A DNA stretch of 64,000 bases from Takakia lepidozioides. Its lineage: Eukaryota; Plantae; Bryophyta. Position numbers and translations under genes: made by a program. This document shows, piece after piece, positions 48,736 to 61,720 of this stretch. The stretch lies in NCBI GenBank assembly GCA_030704615.1, contig CM060731.1, positions 83,018,001-83,082,000 of the forward strand, in the 5' to 3' direction. Within the stretch, counting starts at the first letter, position 1. Every line of letters starts with the position of its first letter. The notes under the pieces were generated by a model. That model saw only the letters and a list, made by a program, of their open reading frames with translations, did no database searches and had not been told where the DNA came from.

Positions 48736-51700
48736 TCACGGTTTACTGATTGCGATTAGCAAACTTTGTGAGTGAGCACCTTTCTGACGTTGAGAGTTTC
48801 GTGGCGGACTGTGTGTACGAGCCCGAGGTCTGTCTCTGGTTGACGGAGATGTTTGAACACTACCTGGATAAGTGAGGCCCTCTGGAGGCTGATATCGAGG
48901 TAACCTTTCAGGCATAGGAGACCCCCGTCGCTTCTTCTCTGCCATCTGAATTGCATAGTCTTCTCCCATGTCAAAAGAATTGGTGAAGAAACAGTTTGTA
49001 TCAGAATCCTCATCGCCTCTCAGGTGTTTTAATTTTCGAACTTTTTGTGGAATCCTCTGGGGCATACAATGTTGTCCTACCATGTCTGGAAGTTTATATT
49101 TTACAACTTGGTGTAACCGCTGAACAGCAAAATGGTGTAGACACTGAGCTCCTTGTCTGTCCAGGTGAGTGGGGTGGGGTTACCAATTCTTGTGCAGCGT
49201 GCAAGTATTTCCATGCCACATGTCCCTTATAAAAATATCATCAATGCCAAATTTCTGTGTTGACAAATTGTTCCAGGCCGCTTGAAACCATGAACGAATT
49301 TGAGAATCTTTTTGCATCATAACTTTTGCCTCATATAGGTACATATGAGGTGGCACTGAAGGTAAGATCCAATGATCCCCACTGGAATAACTCAGAAAGC
49401 GCGCTTGCATCTTTTGTTGCTCAATGTGATAACGTACCAGAAAACAAGCAGCGTAGTATAACCCGCATCCCATGACAATACTTGCTACCTCCTTGGTCTG
49501 GGTATAAATGAATCCATGTACAACTTGGAAAGCAATTAATTCCCTCAACATGGTACCTGCTTCGTGCCAGTACTGTGCAAAGTGATGATCCTCAATTGGT
49601 CGATTGTTCGGAAGAACTTTAGTCCTAGTTGCCACTGGCACCAAATGCGCATGATTTGGTAGTAATGTGCGAATGACTGCGGAGGACTAAATTCTTTCCA
49701 AGCCAAATCCAACATGATGGGAATTTGGTTGAAGGGCATAATCATAGCCCTACTGTACTCCCTTGCAGCTGGAGTTTTAGGTGGGTTAAAAGCAGCATTG
49801 CCCCCATACCTCAGGCTGTGGTGGCTGTGGTGTGGTTGTAGTAACAACAAGTTCAGCTACTGGTACAGTGACTTGTTGTGGTGTTGGTGGTACTGGCTCT
49901 TGTATCATTGGCATTTCCTGCACCTCCTGTGAAGACTGAAAAGCCAAAGTTCTGGCTTGTAAATAAGAAGCCATTAGCTGTTCCTGAGGGATATAGACTC
50001 TTTTGTCGATGTTTGAAGTGAGGTCCTCCACTTGAGTCTGCAGTCCGTCTAAATCCTCCTGTAACTCTGCTATCCTACTATAGACATTGTCTATAGTAGT
50101 TGTGGCAATGTTCTGCACTTGCAGTCTGAGCTCATTCATCTCGCTTTGGGTGCTTTGCCCTCCATTGGCCCTTGTGCTAACCAGACCTGCATAAGGCTGT
50201 TATCCACCAAGTTGCTTGTGGTTCCTCTGAGAGTGTGCTCCTCTTTGTGTTTGTACACTTCTAACTGCTATTGTAAAGCCTCCATATGCTTCGCATGAGG
50301 TTCAACCAAATTCGCATAGGCAGCAGCCAGATTATTGGCTTCCTTCCAAGTTTTGTTAGCCACAGAGAGTTCATTTCTATTGGTCATGACCGTTTGTTGC
50401 AACTCCAGGATGTGCCTCTCTTGGTCAGCTTCAACCTGCCTGTATTGCTTGAAAGTATCCTCATTGCGACAGATTGTATTCTTCATGTCGACAATGAGTT
50501 TCATTTGCTCAACATTCTCTGCTTCTGCCTTCATACTTTTTCCGCTTGACTGTTTATTTCTATTGTAGATTGGTCAAGCATAGTTGTGAGTGTAGCACAT
50601 TGGATGGCCATTCTGTCATGCACTGTCTGCAACTCAGTATGTAGTGCATTTACTTGTTGCAACTTGCTTTCATGCTTCACCTGCATTTGGTATAGCTGTT
50701 GCTTATGTGCTTCGTGCAACTGGTCTTGCGCGAGGCCTGCCTCAATCAATTGTTCCTTGGCCAATTACAGAGCCGCTTCTGTATTTTCCAAGTCCTGCTG
50801 CATCTTGCGAGTGACCTCCTCATCGACCTTGTTTGCACACTCAGTGGCTAGTTGAGCCTCAAATCCTTCCTGAGTTCCTCTCTCAAGGCTGTCAATTGGG
50901 TAGTTGGAACATGGGATTTGACATAAGTCCCAACAAATTAAGTGTCCTGCCTATGGAACTCATCAGCATTGTCTGTTGAGGGTCATCATGGTGAGGTTGC
51001 TGTTGTTCCTCCTGATCCTCAACAGTGTGATGTCTCACAAACCATTCAGGCCATTGTCCCACCGGATTTTCTTCCTGAACCAATTCATCCATGACCGGTG
51101 CTGCAGTGTCTTGACATTCTACCTGTGGTACCTCCCACACAGGTGTGTGTATTATATGCACCTCAGGATTTCCCTTGGGCAACTGTTGCACCTCTGGAAT
51201 CTCTGTCTCCTTGACCAGACCAGAATATTCATAGAGAAGGTCCCCCTTCTCAATTTCTGCCACTATCTGTTCTGTAGTTGGAATATCTAACCCTTCTTTT
51301 CCAAATCAATTATTTCTGGTGGCACTTCATGGGCAACTTGTGGTAACCTTGTGACAAGCCGATCAGCTGGCTGTGATGGCTGTGATGCTGAAGTAACTTC
51401 CTCTTCCCTCTCTGAAGGTCCTGCTTCCAGTAATAGCAGTTCTCTGTGCTGCTGTGCCCCTTCCTGCACATGAGCTTGGGAAACATTATCATGCGGAATC
51501 CGTGAAGCCAGTGGATCTGCCATTATAGTCTTTCCCCGTCTCTGCCTCTTAGTCTCGGGTTGCCCTGCTAGTCCACCCTCACTGTGTGAAGAGCCTTGCT
51601 CTTCCATTGCAGTGGTTTCTGGCTCAAACACTCCCATCTCCTTTCTTTCTTGCGCATCAAGTATGCCAGAATCAAGAATTATTTGAGCAATGATTGGGCC

Positions 51701-53300
51701 AGACATTATGATAGGAGACTTTGCGGTAGTACCTTGTAGTCTTTTCATCTCCTCCACCAGTGCGTTGTACATTATGTCCGCCCATTCTACCTCTTGTCCT
51801 TTCAGGGCTTTGAGTATTTCCTCCGTGAAGGATCTCTTCAAATACTGTTGGTTCTGTTTCATGGCAATCAGAACGTTCAATACCTGGCCTACTTCCTTTA
51901 GCCCTGGGTACACGGCCTTGGTACAAGCATAACCCTGAGTTTTAAATAAACTCCCTTCTTGGAATAAGTCCCCTATTTGCAGTCTTGCCCTGTGCTCCTC
52001 CACATGCACCTGACCTGCTGGCAATCGAAACAATTGCTGGAGGTATAGGGGAGTAATTACTAATTCAAATCCCTTCACCGTTGTTGTTCCTGTCCTTGGC
52101 TCAAAGTTCTGCAAAAATTGTAACATGTATTGTCTATGGTGTAATGTCCAATCTATGCTTTGCAATCCTTGCAATCTCAGCTCCTTCAGTATCTGTATCG
52201 CCTGTGGGGTAGCAATCGTTTGTTTCTGCAGAATTGTGGTGCTCTTCACCCTGATTTCCTCCATTCTTCTCACTCTCTTCATTCTAGACTCACAGAAATG
52301 TTTTGGCTGTAACAACTGAAGAAATGTCTGTAGTGCACAAAGCATAAACGTATGGTTGCCACAAAAAGCTATGGGTAATTTCTTGTAAGCCTGTGGGGCT
52401 TGCAAGCATCGCTCAAGAGAAAAGATTCGCTCTGTTGTTTCGTCCCTATGCCACTGCGTAAGTAGTATTGCAAGCGTATAGTCTGTTAGTTCCTCCATAG
52501 TTTTCAAGCTATAGCATTGATGGTCTGTCCTGTCGAGACGCCTGTTACTCAGAACGACGCCGCCTCTTGCGCTTAATTTCCCTCCAATTTCTTGATCCTT
52601 TCTCTGGCTTTCTATTGGCTCTAACCATTGTGACTTGATTTTAGATTTCATTTTCTTTAGTGGACTTTCCCTGCTGGATAGTCCACTAGGATCAGACATG
52701 TGGCAAGAATTTTGCTTTTCTGTACTTGCCGCTTGTTCCGTTCCCCTTTTTCCGTATTCATTAATGGGCCCGCCTTTCATCCATTTTGACGGCCGTTCTT
52801 GTCCTCTTTCTTTATGACACCTGTTCTTGCACTTCCTTCTCAGCTGTGTGTCGCGCCCTGACTTCCACGTGTCTATTTTTAAACTGGTTTCCGTCTTTTC
52901 TTCCGTCAGCCATTTTCCTGAAGTTATTGTGCGCCCACCTGTCACTGATTCTATGGATCGTGTAATCCTAGTAGGCTGTGTTGAGCTGTGACATGCTGTG
53001 TCATATTGTGGTACGCTGTGATAGGCTGTGATGCACTGTGGTAAGCTGTGATAGGCTGTGACACGCTGTGGTAGGTTGTGATAGGCTGTGTCACGTCGTG
53101 ATGGGCTGTGATAGGCTGTGTTTCGCCTTGATGGGCTGTGATAGGCTGTGTCACGCTTGTTTTGCCCGCCTTGGTCATATATGCTCGGCCTAGCAACAAG
53201 TGCTCCATACTCCGTTCGTAATACTGGTGCAGCCCGCGACTGCTCTTGCGTTTCAACATGCAAGTCATGCTGCAAGGGTTTGTCATGGATACCACTGTAT
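48736..53300 (-). pseudogene. Family-B long accessory ORF downstream of (apparently fused to) the integrase
   Basis: ORF pieces 51287-53455, 50892-51263, 50531-50764, 50268-50534, 49786-50139, 49180-49644 and 48736-49083 are linked mostly by single-base shifts. Coiled-coil region plus an aromatic-rich globular domain; ends ~10 bp before the PPT. Confidence 0.78.
52970..53155. repeat. 30-bp CTGTG-rich minisatellite translated as TAYHSxxxxx repeats
   Basis: gctgtgataggctgtg units every 30 bp, in frame within the ORF. Confidence 0.85.
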
Positions 53301-54490
53301 CCCTTTAACTTATTGGCATTGACTCTTCCCAGCATTTCTTTGTTAATGGTTTGTAACATGGCGGTGTTGTTATCATACATCTTTTGTATGACATAAGGTC
53401 CTTTCCATGGTGATTTAAGCTTAGAAGCTTTAATCTTTCTTTCTTCTGCAACCATAGAACCAAATCCCCCGTCTTAAAAGTCTTTAACTTGCCTTCATCA
53501 AACTGTTCCTTTCTCTTCATCTGAATTCTGGTCATATTATCAGCTGCATCAGCACATACTTCTTCCACATGATATAATTCATGTTTCCTGACCTTAATGG
53601 AATCTTGCAATTCCATTCTCTTTCCCCACTCCGTTCTCATGGTAGGTAACAGGAATTCCACTGGAAGTAAGGCTCCATACCATAAACTAATTGGAATGGT
53701 GTATACTTAGTGGTGACTTTATATGAAGTCCTGTATGACCACAAAGCTATCAACAGCTTTGTATCCCAATCCGTTCTGTTTGCATTGACTATCTTAGCCA
53801 AGATAGTACATAGTATTTTGTTGGTAGCCTCTGCCTGCCCATTACCATGTGGGTAATATGTTGTACTCTTTCTATGCACAATCATGAACTCTTTAGTCAA
53901 CAACTCAATGGTCTCATTCATGAAGTGACTTCCCTGATCACTAATAATTTCTAAGGGACAGCCAAATCGTGTAAGTATGTTCTCATACAGGAACCTTGCT
54001 GTGGACTTGGCTATGTTGTCCCTCAAAGCTTTAGCTTCCACCCACTTCGTAGTATAATCAGTGGCTGTAATTATGTACATGTTCCGTGTATTCTTGGCTG
54101 GTGGGTTAATTGGTCCAACAAAGTCTAGTCCCCATTTCTGAAATGGTTCCGTAGGCATTGTAGGATGCAAGGCCATCCTTCCAGATCTCTGCAAAGGTCC
54201 TAGCCTCTGACATTCATCACAACTCTGACAATACTCGTGTACATCTTTGAACAAAGTAGGCCACCAGTAACCTGCAAGTAGTATCTTCCTACTGGTAGTC
54301 TCTTCTCCAAAATGACCTCCAGCCACTCCTTTATGAACTTCCTCCAAAACTTTATTTACTTCATGGTGGTACAAGCATCGTTTTAGTACTCCATCAGGTC
54401 CTAGCTTATACATTCTGCTTCCTACCATAGTATAAGGTAAAGCTTTGATAGCGATTCTCTTCCTCTGCTCCTTACCATAACTAGGTGGGC
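53300..54490 (-). pseudogene. Ty3/gypsy integrase
   Basis: HKGVAGGH...CDEC (HHCC); WGLDFVG, IISDQGSHF, NGQAEATNK (D,D-35-E); WKGPY. Confidence 0.95.
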
Positions 54491-56902
54491 ACTGATAGAA
54501 TCATCAAAGTCCATGACTGTTTCTGGCCCTTCCGGCTTCACAGTATAACTGGTCACCTTGCTGTTCAGGTCTGTGTTTCCGGTCTCCTGGGCAATTCGAT
54601 TGATTGCTTGATACAGCCTGTGCCTACAATAAGGTGCCACAGCCAATAGCTGTCCAATGGTAATTTCTGCTTTGGTCTGGCATATTACTTCAGCCAAAGT
54701 TTCTTCATTACTTTGCATGTCTGCATCTTCTTTCTTCCTTTCATCTTCACTCCCTTCTTCTTCTCCATCAGAATCAGAGGAATCTGCCACAGGAATATCA
54801 GTACTCTTATGCATTTCCCTTATGGTATCTGCAACTTCCTTGTGCAGTTCCTTCTCCTCTCTCCAAGCCCCATCATCTTCAGGTATATCACTGCCACCTT
54901 CATTATCATCTTCTTCCTCAACTACCGGAGGTATTAATTTGGCTTTGCGTCTTATCCAGAATGAACAGGCTGCCTTGCGATGTCCTGGCTGATTACAATA
55001 GTAACATAGTTCTTCACCATTGGGTCCTCGCCCTTGGTCTGCTCTTGGATTATTTCTGTAATCCTGATTCCCGGGCTGGTAATTCCCCCTTGGATTACCC
55101 TGATAGTTGCCTCTGGAATTTCCTTGGTAATTCCCTCTTGAATTACCTCTCCCTTCCATGCCATTGTTATAACCACCAGACCTACCATAGTGGTCATGAT
55201 CATTGTTTCTTCTTGGCTGGGGCTGCACCTGATGCACCCTTACTTGCCTAGGTTCTCTTGCAGCTGTCCTTCTGTTGTAGTAACAATTCTCAGTAGAATG
55301 GTTATCCATTTTACAGATAGTACAGTGTTTCTCCTTCATGTGACATTCTGTGGTGGTATGGCCTTCATTTTGGCACTTTGCACACCATACACCCTTCCTC
55401 CAATGTGTTGCAGCCTCTGTGGCATATTTCTTCAAGATTTCTTCCAATCTTTTTTCATAGTTATCCCTCTTCAACTTCTCCTTTCTCTTACTCTTCCTTT
55501 TTAGTTCTTGCTCTTCTTCTTCATCTGACTCCTCCTCAAAGTCTTCATCATCCCTTTTCTCTCTCCTGAGCATTCCCAATTGCTCAATTCTGTTTGGAGT
55601 TTCAAATGCCTCCTCCACTGTATTATGGGGTAACATATCCACTTTCTTTTGCATCTCTGGCCTTAGTCCACTCACAAACCAAGTCTTCTGTAAACCGGGT
55701 GCTGGTACTGCAGCCAGCTTTTTCATCATCAATTCCATCTTTTCCATATACTCCTCAACAGTTTCATGCTTCTTTTGCTTCAGCTGTTGTAAACTCCCAT
55801 ACACTTCATCCTCAGTTTTACTTGTCCTGAACCTATTTCGAAATGTTGTATTCAAGCCATTCCAGGTTAGGAAATGATTATTAGGGAATCTTGCATACCA
55901 TTCACTTGCTTTCTTTATAAGTGAACACGGAAACAGTCTCATCTTGGCATCATCGCCATTCTCATTGTTCACTATACACATGTGCTCAAATTGGCTAATG
56001 TGTACATCAGGATCCCTTTTTCCTAAATATATTGGAAAAGGTGGTTTTGCCCGTGTTGGTTGTAACGCCATCTGTGGCCCTACCTTCTGCCCACTGACAG
56101 GTGCTGGCACCCTTGCTGGTGCTGGTCCTTCTGGACCTCTTGTTTTTGTGGTGGATCTTCCACCAAGTGGTGGCCCTTGAGCACTCCCTGCTTCTGGCCC
56201 CACGATATTCACAGTATTCCCAGCTTCAGTTGCACTACTTCCCACATTCCCTGTCCCCCTAGAGCCAGATCCAGGCAGCCCGCCTGATCCCCCTGAGCCG
56301 ACACCTTCGTTGGCCTGTGATCCAAGTGCTCCACTTGATCCAGGTCCAACGGGTTGGGATGTCTTGGTTGTAGTCTCAACCTCAGCTGTTGGGTCTACTT
56401 CTTCATATTCTTCCACTTCCAATTTCTTCTCTCTGTTTTCATCCTCCAAGTTCTGCCCTTGGGTTTCTTCTTCACTCATGTAACTCAACTGGAATGGTGT
56501 TGGAGAGTCTGAACTCTCCGTTGGCTCTGCCACATCCTCTCCTCCTTCTTCACCTTCCACTTCAGAAACTGGAGTTCCTGCTTTTGGTGTTCCATGCCAA
56601 CTCTTATTAAAGATTTCTGTCAAATCTTTTATCCAGGGATGTACCTTAGATCTTTCACCTCGTGATTGATCTTCTTCTCGTACCAATTCCCTTAATCTTT
56701 CTCGCAAAGAAACAGAAGGAGTGGCATCCAACTCTAGTTCTTCCGGTATGGGTGATGTACTCTTTGATCTTAATGGTGTGAGAGGTCCAGATGATTCCCC
56801 TATGTCTATTCCTCTCTCCCAAAGATATGGATAATTAGCTTTCAGATAGCTTTCTCTTTTTGCTGAATATCTCTGGCGTCTAGCTTCTCTTTCATCACTC
56901 AT
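54491..56902 (-). CDS. gag: Family-B gag (three zinc knuckles), joined by deletion to the pre-integrase region
   Basis: RLFPCSLIKKASEWY and LKQKKHETVEEY; CAKCQNEGHTTTEC, CTICKMDNHSTENC, CYYCNQPGHRKAAC. Confidence 0.92.
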
Positions 56903-56923
56903 GTCCCATGTCTTTCATTTCTT

Positions 56924-57274
56924 TTAATGTGGCAATAACCAAAACTCTCTTCTATAATATCTCTCGTATATGCCTGGGTTTCTTTCAAGCTTCAATGCAC
57001 CCTTGGTTATACTTGAAGTCTCCGTTACCATATAACCATATTGCAAACAAGTCTGAAAAGCTGTTCTTGGTGTGAGTTTGATCCACAAAATATCCTTTGG
57101 AATCCAATTCTTTACCAATACAAGCTCTCCATGCATATGAGTATAAACATTCACTTTTCTTTCCTCCCAGCCTTCAAACTCTACTCGCTTAATGGATAGC
57201 AATGCTATCACATATACCAATGTTGGTAACCAACGTGCTCTTCCTCTACAGGCCACCTGATAAATCTTTATCAC
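56924..57274 (-). CDS. Small ORF upstream of gag, unknown
   Basis: 116-aa ORF between PBS and gag in the element's sense; no motif recognised. Confidence 0.3.
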   Translation of the reverse strand: MIKIYQVACRGRARWLPTLVYVIALLSIKRVEFEGWEERKVNVYTHMHGELVLVKNWIPKDILWIKLTPRTAFQTCLQYGYMVTETSSITKGALKLERNPGIYERYYRREFWLLPH

Positions 57275-57499
57275 TCATTTCTCCAGACCCCACTCTGGGT
57301 CAGCATCATGCACTCTCTTAAGAATGTTTTCTTTACAACCGTTTTCTTTACAACCGTCCGGCAATTCCAAAAACCTCTGGAAGAATCGTTTGGACAATCT
57401 TTCCTTCTCAGTTTCACAAGGAATTTGATTCACATCAAATTCTCCATCCACCATGATCCCACCAGATGCCTGTCACATCTGGTTGTTCATGACCCAGAT

Positions 57500-57516
57500 C
57501 CCCAGTATGGTCGCCA
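57500..57516 (-). promoter_or_regulatory. Primer-binding site, tRNA-Arg-like
   Basis: TGGCGACCATACTGGGG lies 2 nt after the LTR 3' CA and resembles the complement of a plant tRNA-Arg 3' end (recalled, not searched). Confidence 0.75.
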
Positions 57517-57518
57517 AA

Positions 57519-58513
57519 TGTCGCGGGGCTTTTACTCACCCATCCCTTCGCTATCCGAGGCGGAAACTCCAAGATAGAAGAGTTGGAAATCTCTAAGTAC
57601 TCAGCCCGCTCAGAACAATCAGTCATGACCTACAACTAGTGTATCATGGGGGTGTTTCCTATTTGTTTTCCTTTCTGCATTCATGTTAGCTAGCTACCTT
57701 ACTATTGATAATTGAGTATCAGTTTGCTCATCAACTCATCCATTCATTCCACAGCTTCACTCAGATCTCTCTACACAGTGTGATTGTATCGTATCAGTAT
57801 CAGATTATGATTTATCAGGTATCAGGCCGAAGCCATTGTGTCTCTAATCTCCTCTACAATATCACTACAGCTTTGCATATAACAAGCATTTACTAATCAT
57901 CTCTCCTCGTTCCCCATGCTCTCCATGCTTGCTTTTGTTCTTGCTCTCCGCCCGATCCCCTCTCCTCCATGACCAAAAATTCTCCCCCTCGAGTGCTTCC
58001 AAGATTCATCCCCCCGTGCTCTCCATGCTTCTCCCTTTATCTTCCTACCCGTGGCTCTAACCGTTTTCCTCACTAACCGTCGTCCGTGAACTAACATGTT
58101 CCATTAGCAGGTGTTGTTTCCCCACAGTCGTTCCCTGTCTTGCTCTCCGTTCCCTATGGTCGTGACAGCTGTGTCAAGCTGTGACTGGCTGTGTGAAACT
58201 GTGACTGGCTGTGACTGGCTGTGCGACTGTGTTTGGCTGTGTCGGGCTGTGACTGGCTGTGTGGCTGTGTCGGCTGTGACAGGCTGTGTTGGCTGTGATG
58301 GCTGTGTCGGCTGTGACGACTGTGACGGGTTGTGTTGGCTGTGTCGGCTGTGACGACTGTGACGGGCTGTGTTGGCTGTGATGGACTGTGTAACCCCCTT
58401 TTACAATGTGCTGCTGTCACCCCTAAGGCTCCTGTTGATCTCAGTCTGTGCAAAAATTAAGGGTACCCTACAGATCCCGTAAAAATGTCTAAGTCCCTGG
58501 CAGTCCTCTAACA
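57519..58513 (-). repeat. Family-B 5' LTR
   Basis: Plus strand TGTCGCG...TCTAACA; adjacent to the PBS. Confidence 0.93.
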
Positions 58514-58940
58514 GGTTTGTGAGCAAGGATGGCTAGGTCGTCGGCATAGGCGGCAGCTGTTATTTTGCTGGGTGAGGTTTTGTAGCGGTAGCCTAGGTTA
58601 CCGCGAGCGAGCCAACATAGGAGTGGTTCTAGAAAATGAAGAGGTATGGACTTAGGGTATCACCCTGGATAGTACCACGCAGAATAGGGATTGGAGGGGT
58701 GGAGCCGTAGTAAGAACCAGAGCATTCAGTGGTACTGTCAGTATAGATATTACCGATGAGTTGGATGGCATTTGAAGGATAACCAAGGTCAGACATAATC
58801 CCAAGTAGTTTGGATGGTCTAAGGAGCCGAATGCATTCTTAAAGTCAATATACAATAGGTAGATATCATGTTTGGTAAATTTAGCATCCTTGAGGGCTGA
58901 TAATACATATTGGATTTGTCTGGTGGTAAAACCATCTAGA
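58514..58940 (-). pseudogene. Non-LTR (LINE) reverse transcriptase fragment
   Basis: LLYIDFKNAFGSLDH, RGTIQGDTLSPYLF, AAAYADDLAIL; cut by the LTR just after YADD. Confidence 0.9.
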
Positions 58941-58959
58941 TCATGCCACAAATAGTGCT

Positions 58960-60047
58960 TGACTTTACACATGCAGTTTTGGCATGCAAGCGCAAACTGG
59001 ACACCCCTCCAGGATCCGCTGGTGACTCCCATTGGCATGATAGAGATAATATCTCAATTCCTCGTGTGCCAGTGCCGCCCAATTTTGAATCTGGCAGTCC
59101 CTCTGCGGGTGCATGTTCTTCTGCAGAATTCACTGGAAGATATCCCTCTGCTCTAGTGCGGGTAGAAGGAGAGACGATGTTGGCGGTGGAAGAGTCCGAT
59201 TGTGGTGATGCAATGTGGCACATTGAACGGACAGCCCAAGGATCAAAAGTTGGGTGTTCTGCTGTAAGGGCATTGTCCTTTGTGAAGTGCACCAGTAAGA
59301 TTTCTAGGGGCGGTGGTGGGCCCCGACTTTCACAGGTTTATTCAAACATTACAGTGTGTGGGAGTCCAGACCTCACAAGTTCTAGTTTTGCCCTGATGAA
59401 ATTCAGCGTTGTGTGATGGGGGCTTGTCGGGATTTAGTCATCAGTAAGCCTCAAATTCCAGTCGTGTGGCCAGTGAAGGTGGGAACATGTATGTCGAAGC
59501 AAGAAATTGAGATGCTGGAGGATGCTGGGTTTCGTCTTCCAAGAGGCCCAACTGTCATAACACCAATTTCATCTCGGGGTTCACCATCTGCATTCCCCCT
59601 ACGTCCACCACATGGGAACGACTGGCCTACGAAAAGAAATGGAAAATTGGTCCGTTGTATTGAGGCAGGTGCAGAAAACCAGTGCAAAATTGAGTCAGCT
59701 AGAACCCTGCAATGTCGGGTGACCCAAATTGTCAATGTCCCCCCTCCAAGCTATGGTCAGGTGTACACAGTATGGTGACATCGGGATCTATTGTTCACGA
59801 CAGGACTTATGAGGTAACTGTTGGGAATTTTCCAAATTGCACATGCCCGGACTTCCAGAACACGTTATCAAGCTCTCTCGGAAAGAGAGGCAAATTTGTC
59901 CCGTGAAAACATCTATACTACATCTACATTCACAGGATGTTTTGTGATCCTCAACGAGACACGTGCATTCACCAATGTACAATGGGTCCCAGTGAGGTTC
60001 AGACACTTCTGCAGCGAGATAGAATCAGTGAAATGTGAGGTGTTCTG
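58960..60047 (+). pseudogene. Degenerate C-terminal part of a transposase related to the 44094 gene
   Basis: MWHIERT...C; PVVWPVKVGTCMSKQEIEMLEDAGF (cf. PGVWPVAPGCSLSQNEADALSAAGF); SWIM CTCPDF...P*KHLYYIY. Confidence 0.85.
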
Positions 60048-60078
60048 AAGGAGTTCAATCTTTGCCAATGACTCCAAA

Positions 60079-60280
60079 TTGTCATGTGCCAACTCGTACT
60101 GGGATTTAAGATGTCGTTGACGACACCTTAATCCCCAACACCTGCACACACACCGCCTTACCGCCAAGGCTTGTTCGCCATCAGATTTTTTTGGGGTTTT
60201 TGGTTTTTCCATGAATTATCATGTGCCAACTCGTACTGGGAATTAAGATGTCGTTGACGACACCTTAATCCCCAGCACAT
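60079..60280. repeat. Two copies of a ~60-bp hairpin-containing unit
   Basis: tcatgtgccaactcgtactggga(t/a)ttaagatgtcgttgacgacaccttaatcccc at ~60082 and ~60219. Confidence 0.85.
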
Positions 60281-60539
60281 GCAAACACACCATGGTTCAT
60301 TCATGAGACTCATTTTTCATCTAACACTCATCCAACATTCATCCATTTTCTTTTTCATTCATCACAAATTCATTCATCCGGAAGCTTTTCATCGCACATT
60401 CGTACCACATGGTCGTCATGGAGCACAAATTCTTTCGTCGGATGGAGTGGAGTTTGCATCCGTGCAGTGTAGTTTGTGTCCACGGCAATAGGCCCTCTTT
60501 TTCCCTCGGTTGTAGGCTCCCATTCACTAATCTGCTCAT

Positions 60540-61720
60540 GCTTACAAGCTGCTCACGCTTAAGGGATTTTGCTCACGTTTACCACTTAAAGCGTGAGCGT
60601 GCTCTGCGAGGAGTGAGTCATGCAAGTCTGTCATCCACGGCACCAGGTCTGTTGTCCGATTCCTCGCGGATATGATGTAGGCAACTGGTATACCATTCAG
60701 CCACTCGTCAAAGACCATCAACGTGTACAATGGGAACTGTTCAGATGCAGAATGTCAGATGGTCACAGTATACAGAGTCCACCAAGTTGTGCATCAGAAG
60801 AAATGGTAAGAGGGATGAGGTATGTGAAGCTGTACTTGCAGGTCTGCTGCGGTACACAGTCGGTCTGTCGGGAGGTCTTTCGCAGAGTGCACATGAAAAC
60901 ATATACATAGGGCGTGTTTTTTGAACGGTTTGCTATGCCCATTTCTCGAAAAGGTTGCGGACATCTTGCTCCAAGAGGAAATCATCACGTGTCCATGCAT
61001 CTCCCAAATCAGTGTTGTTCATTACGTGCTCCTTATGTTCCATCATGACTTGGGCGACCGTCAGACATCGGCACAAACACTCTACGACGCAGGCTTTCAA
61101 TTCTTCGCTAATATGGGGTGTGTAGGCATGATGGGTGTTCTTGAACTCAACGGACTTCCCGCGCGAGGCTTTTCTTTGCGCATCCACATGCTCCATGTTG
61201 TTGTAATATGTGAGAACACAAATGTCCGGCAAGATAACATTGTTGGATCTTGAAACAACACTGGCAACCATGCTTGTAAGATTCTCCGTAGTCGGTCTTC
61301 TTTCTCCTTGGGCCTTTATGTGGGTGTTGTATTCCAACACCCATATTTGATCCTCCACGCTTATCTTTTGGATCCTCCACAATTGCATTGTTGGTGCGTT
61401 TGTCATCGGGTCCGTAGCAACATTGATATACTTGTCCATGAGATTCAAAATCGATATCCATGGACTTATGGAAGTATGACATCACAGTAGGTAGCAAAGA
61501 GAAATCACAACACACATGCAATGAGACAACAAAATGACTTTGAGGATGGTGCACACATGATACTGATCAAGAATGTGGCTTTTCGCATTCCGGGCTCCAC
61601 TTTACAATGAACATTCACCCAAAACTGAGTGGGGCAGTCCTCCAAATTCTCCTCTCCAAGGACAAAGTCCGCAACCCTATCCCAAGGTATGCAGACATTT
61701 TTAAACATTCAATTGCACCC
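60540..61720 (-). pseudogene. Degenerate MULE/SWIM-family transposase-like gene (Arabidopsis At1g60560/At4g13970 type)
   Basis: IPWDRVADFVLGEE..DCPTQF, YQCCYGPDD, HGCQCCF, PHISEELK, TRDDFLLEQDVRN, LYTLMVFDEWLNGIPVAYIIS; many frameshifts. Confidence 0.8.

Larger units (their letters stand above)
34578..58513 (-). mobile_element. Family-B Tat-like Ty3/gypsy element, copy 3: two LTRs, internally deleted (no PR/RT/RNase H), 3' LTR split by a MULE
   Basis: 5' LTR 57519-58513, PBS, gag, integrase, long accessory ORF, PPT 48705-48726, 3' LTR 34578-35368 plus 48453-48704. No chromodomain. Flanks GGTGC/GGTTT do not form a clean TSD. Confidence 0.9.
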
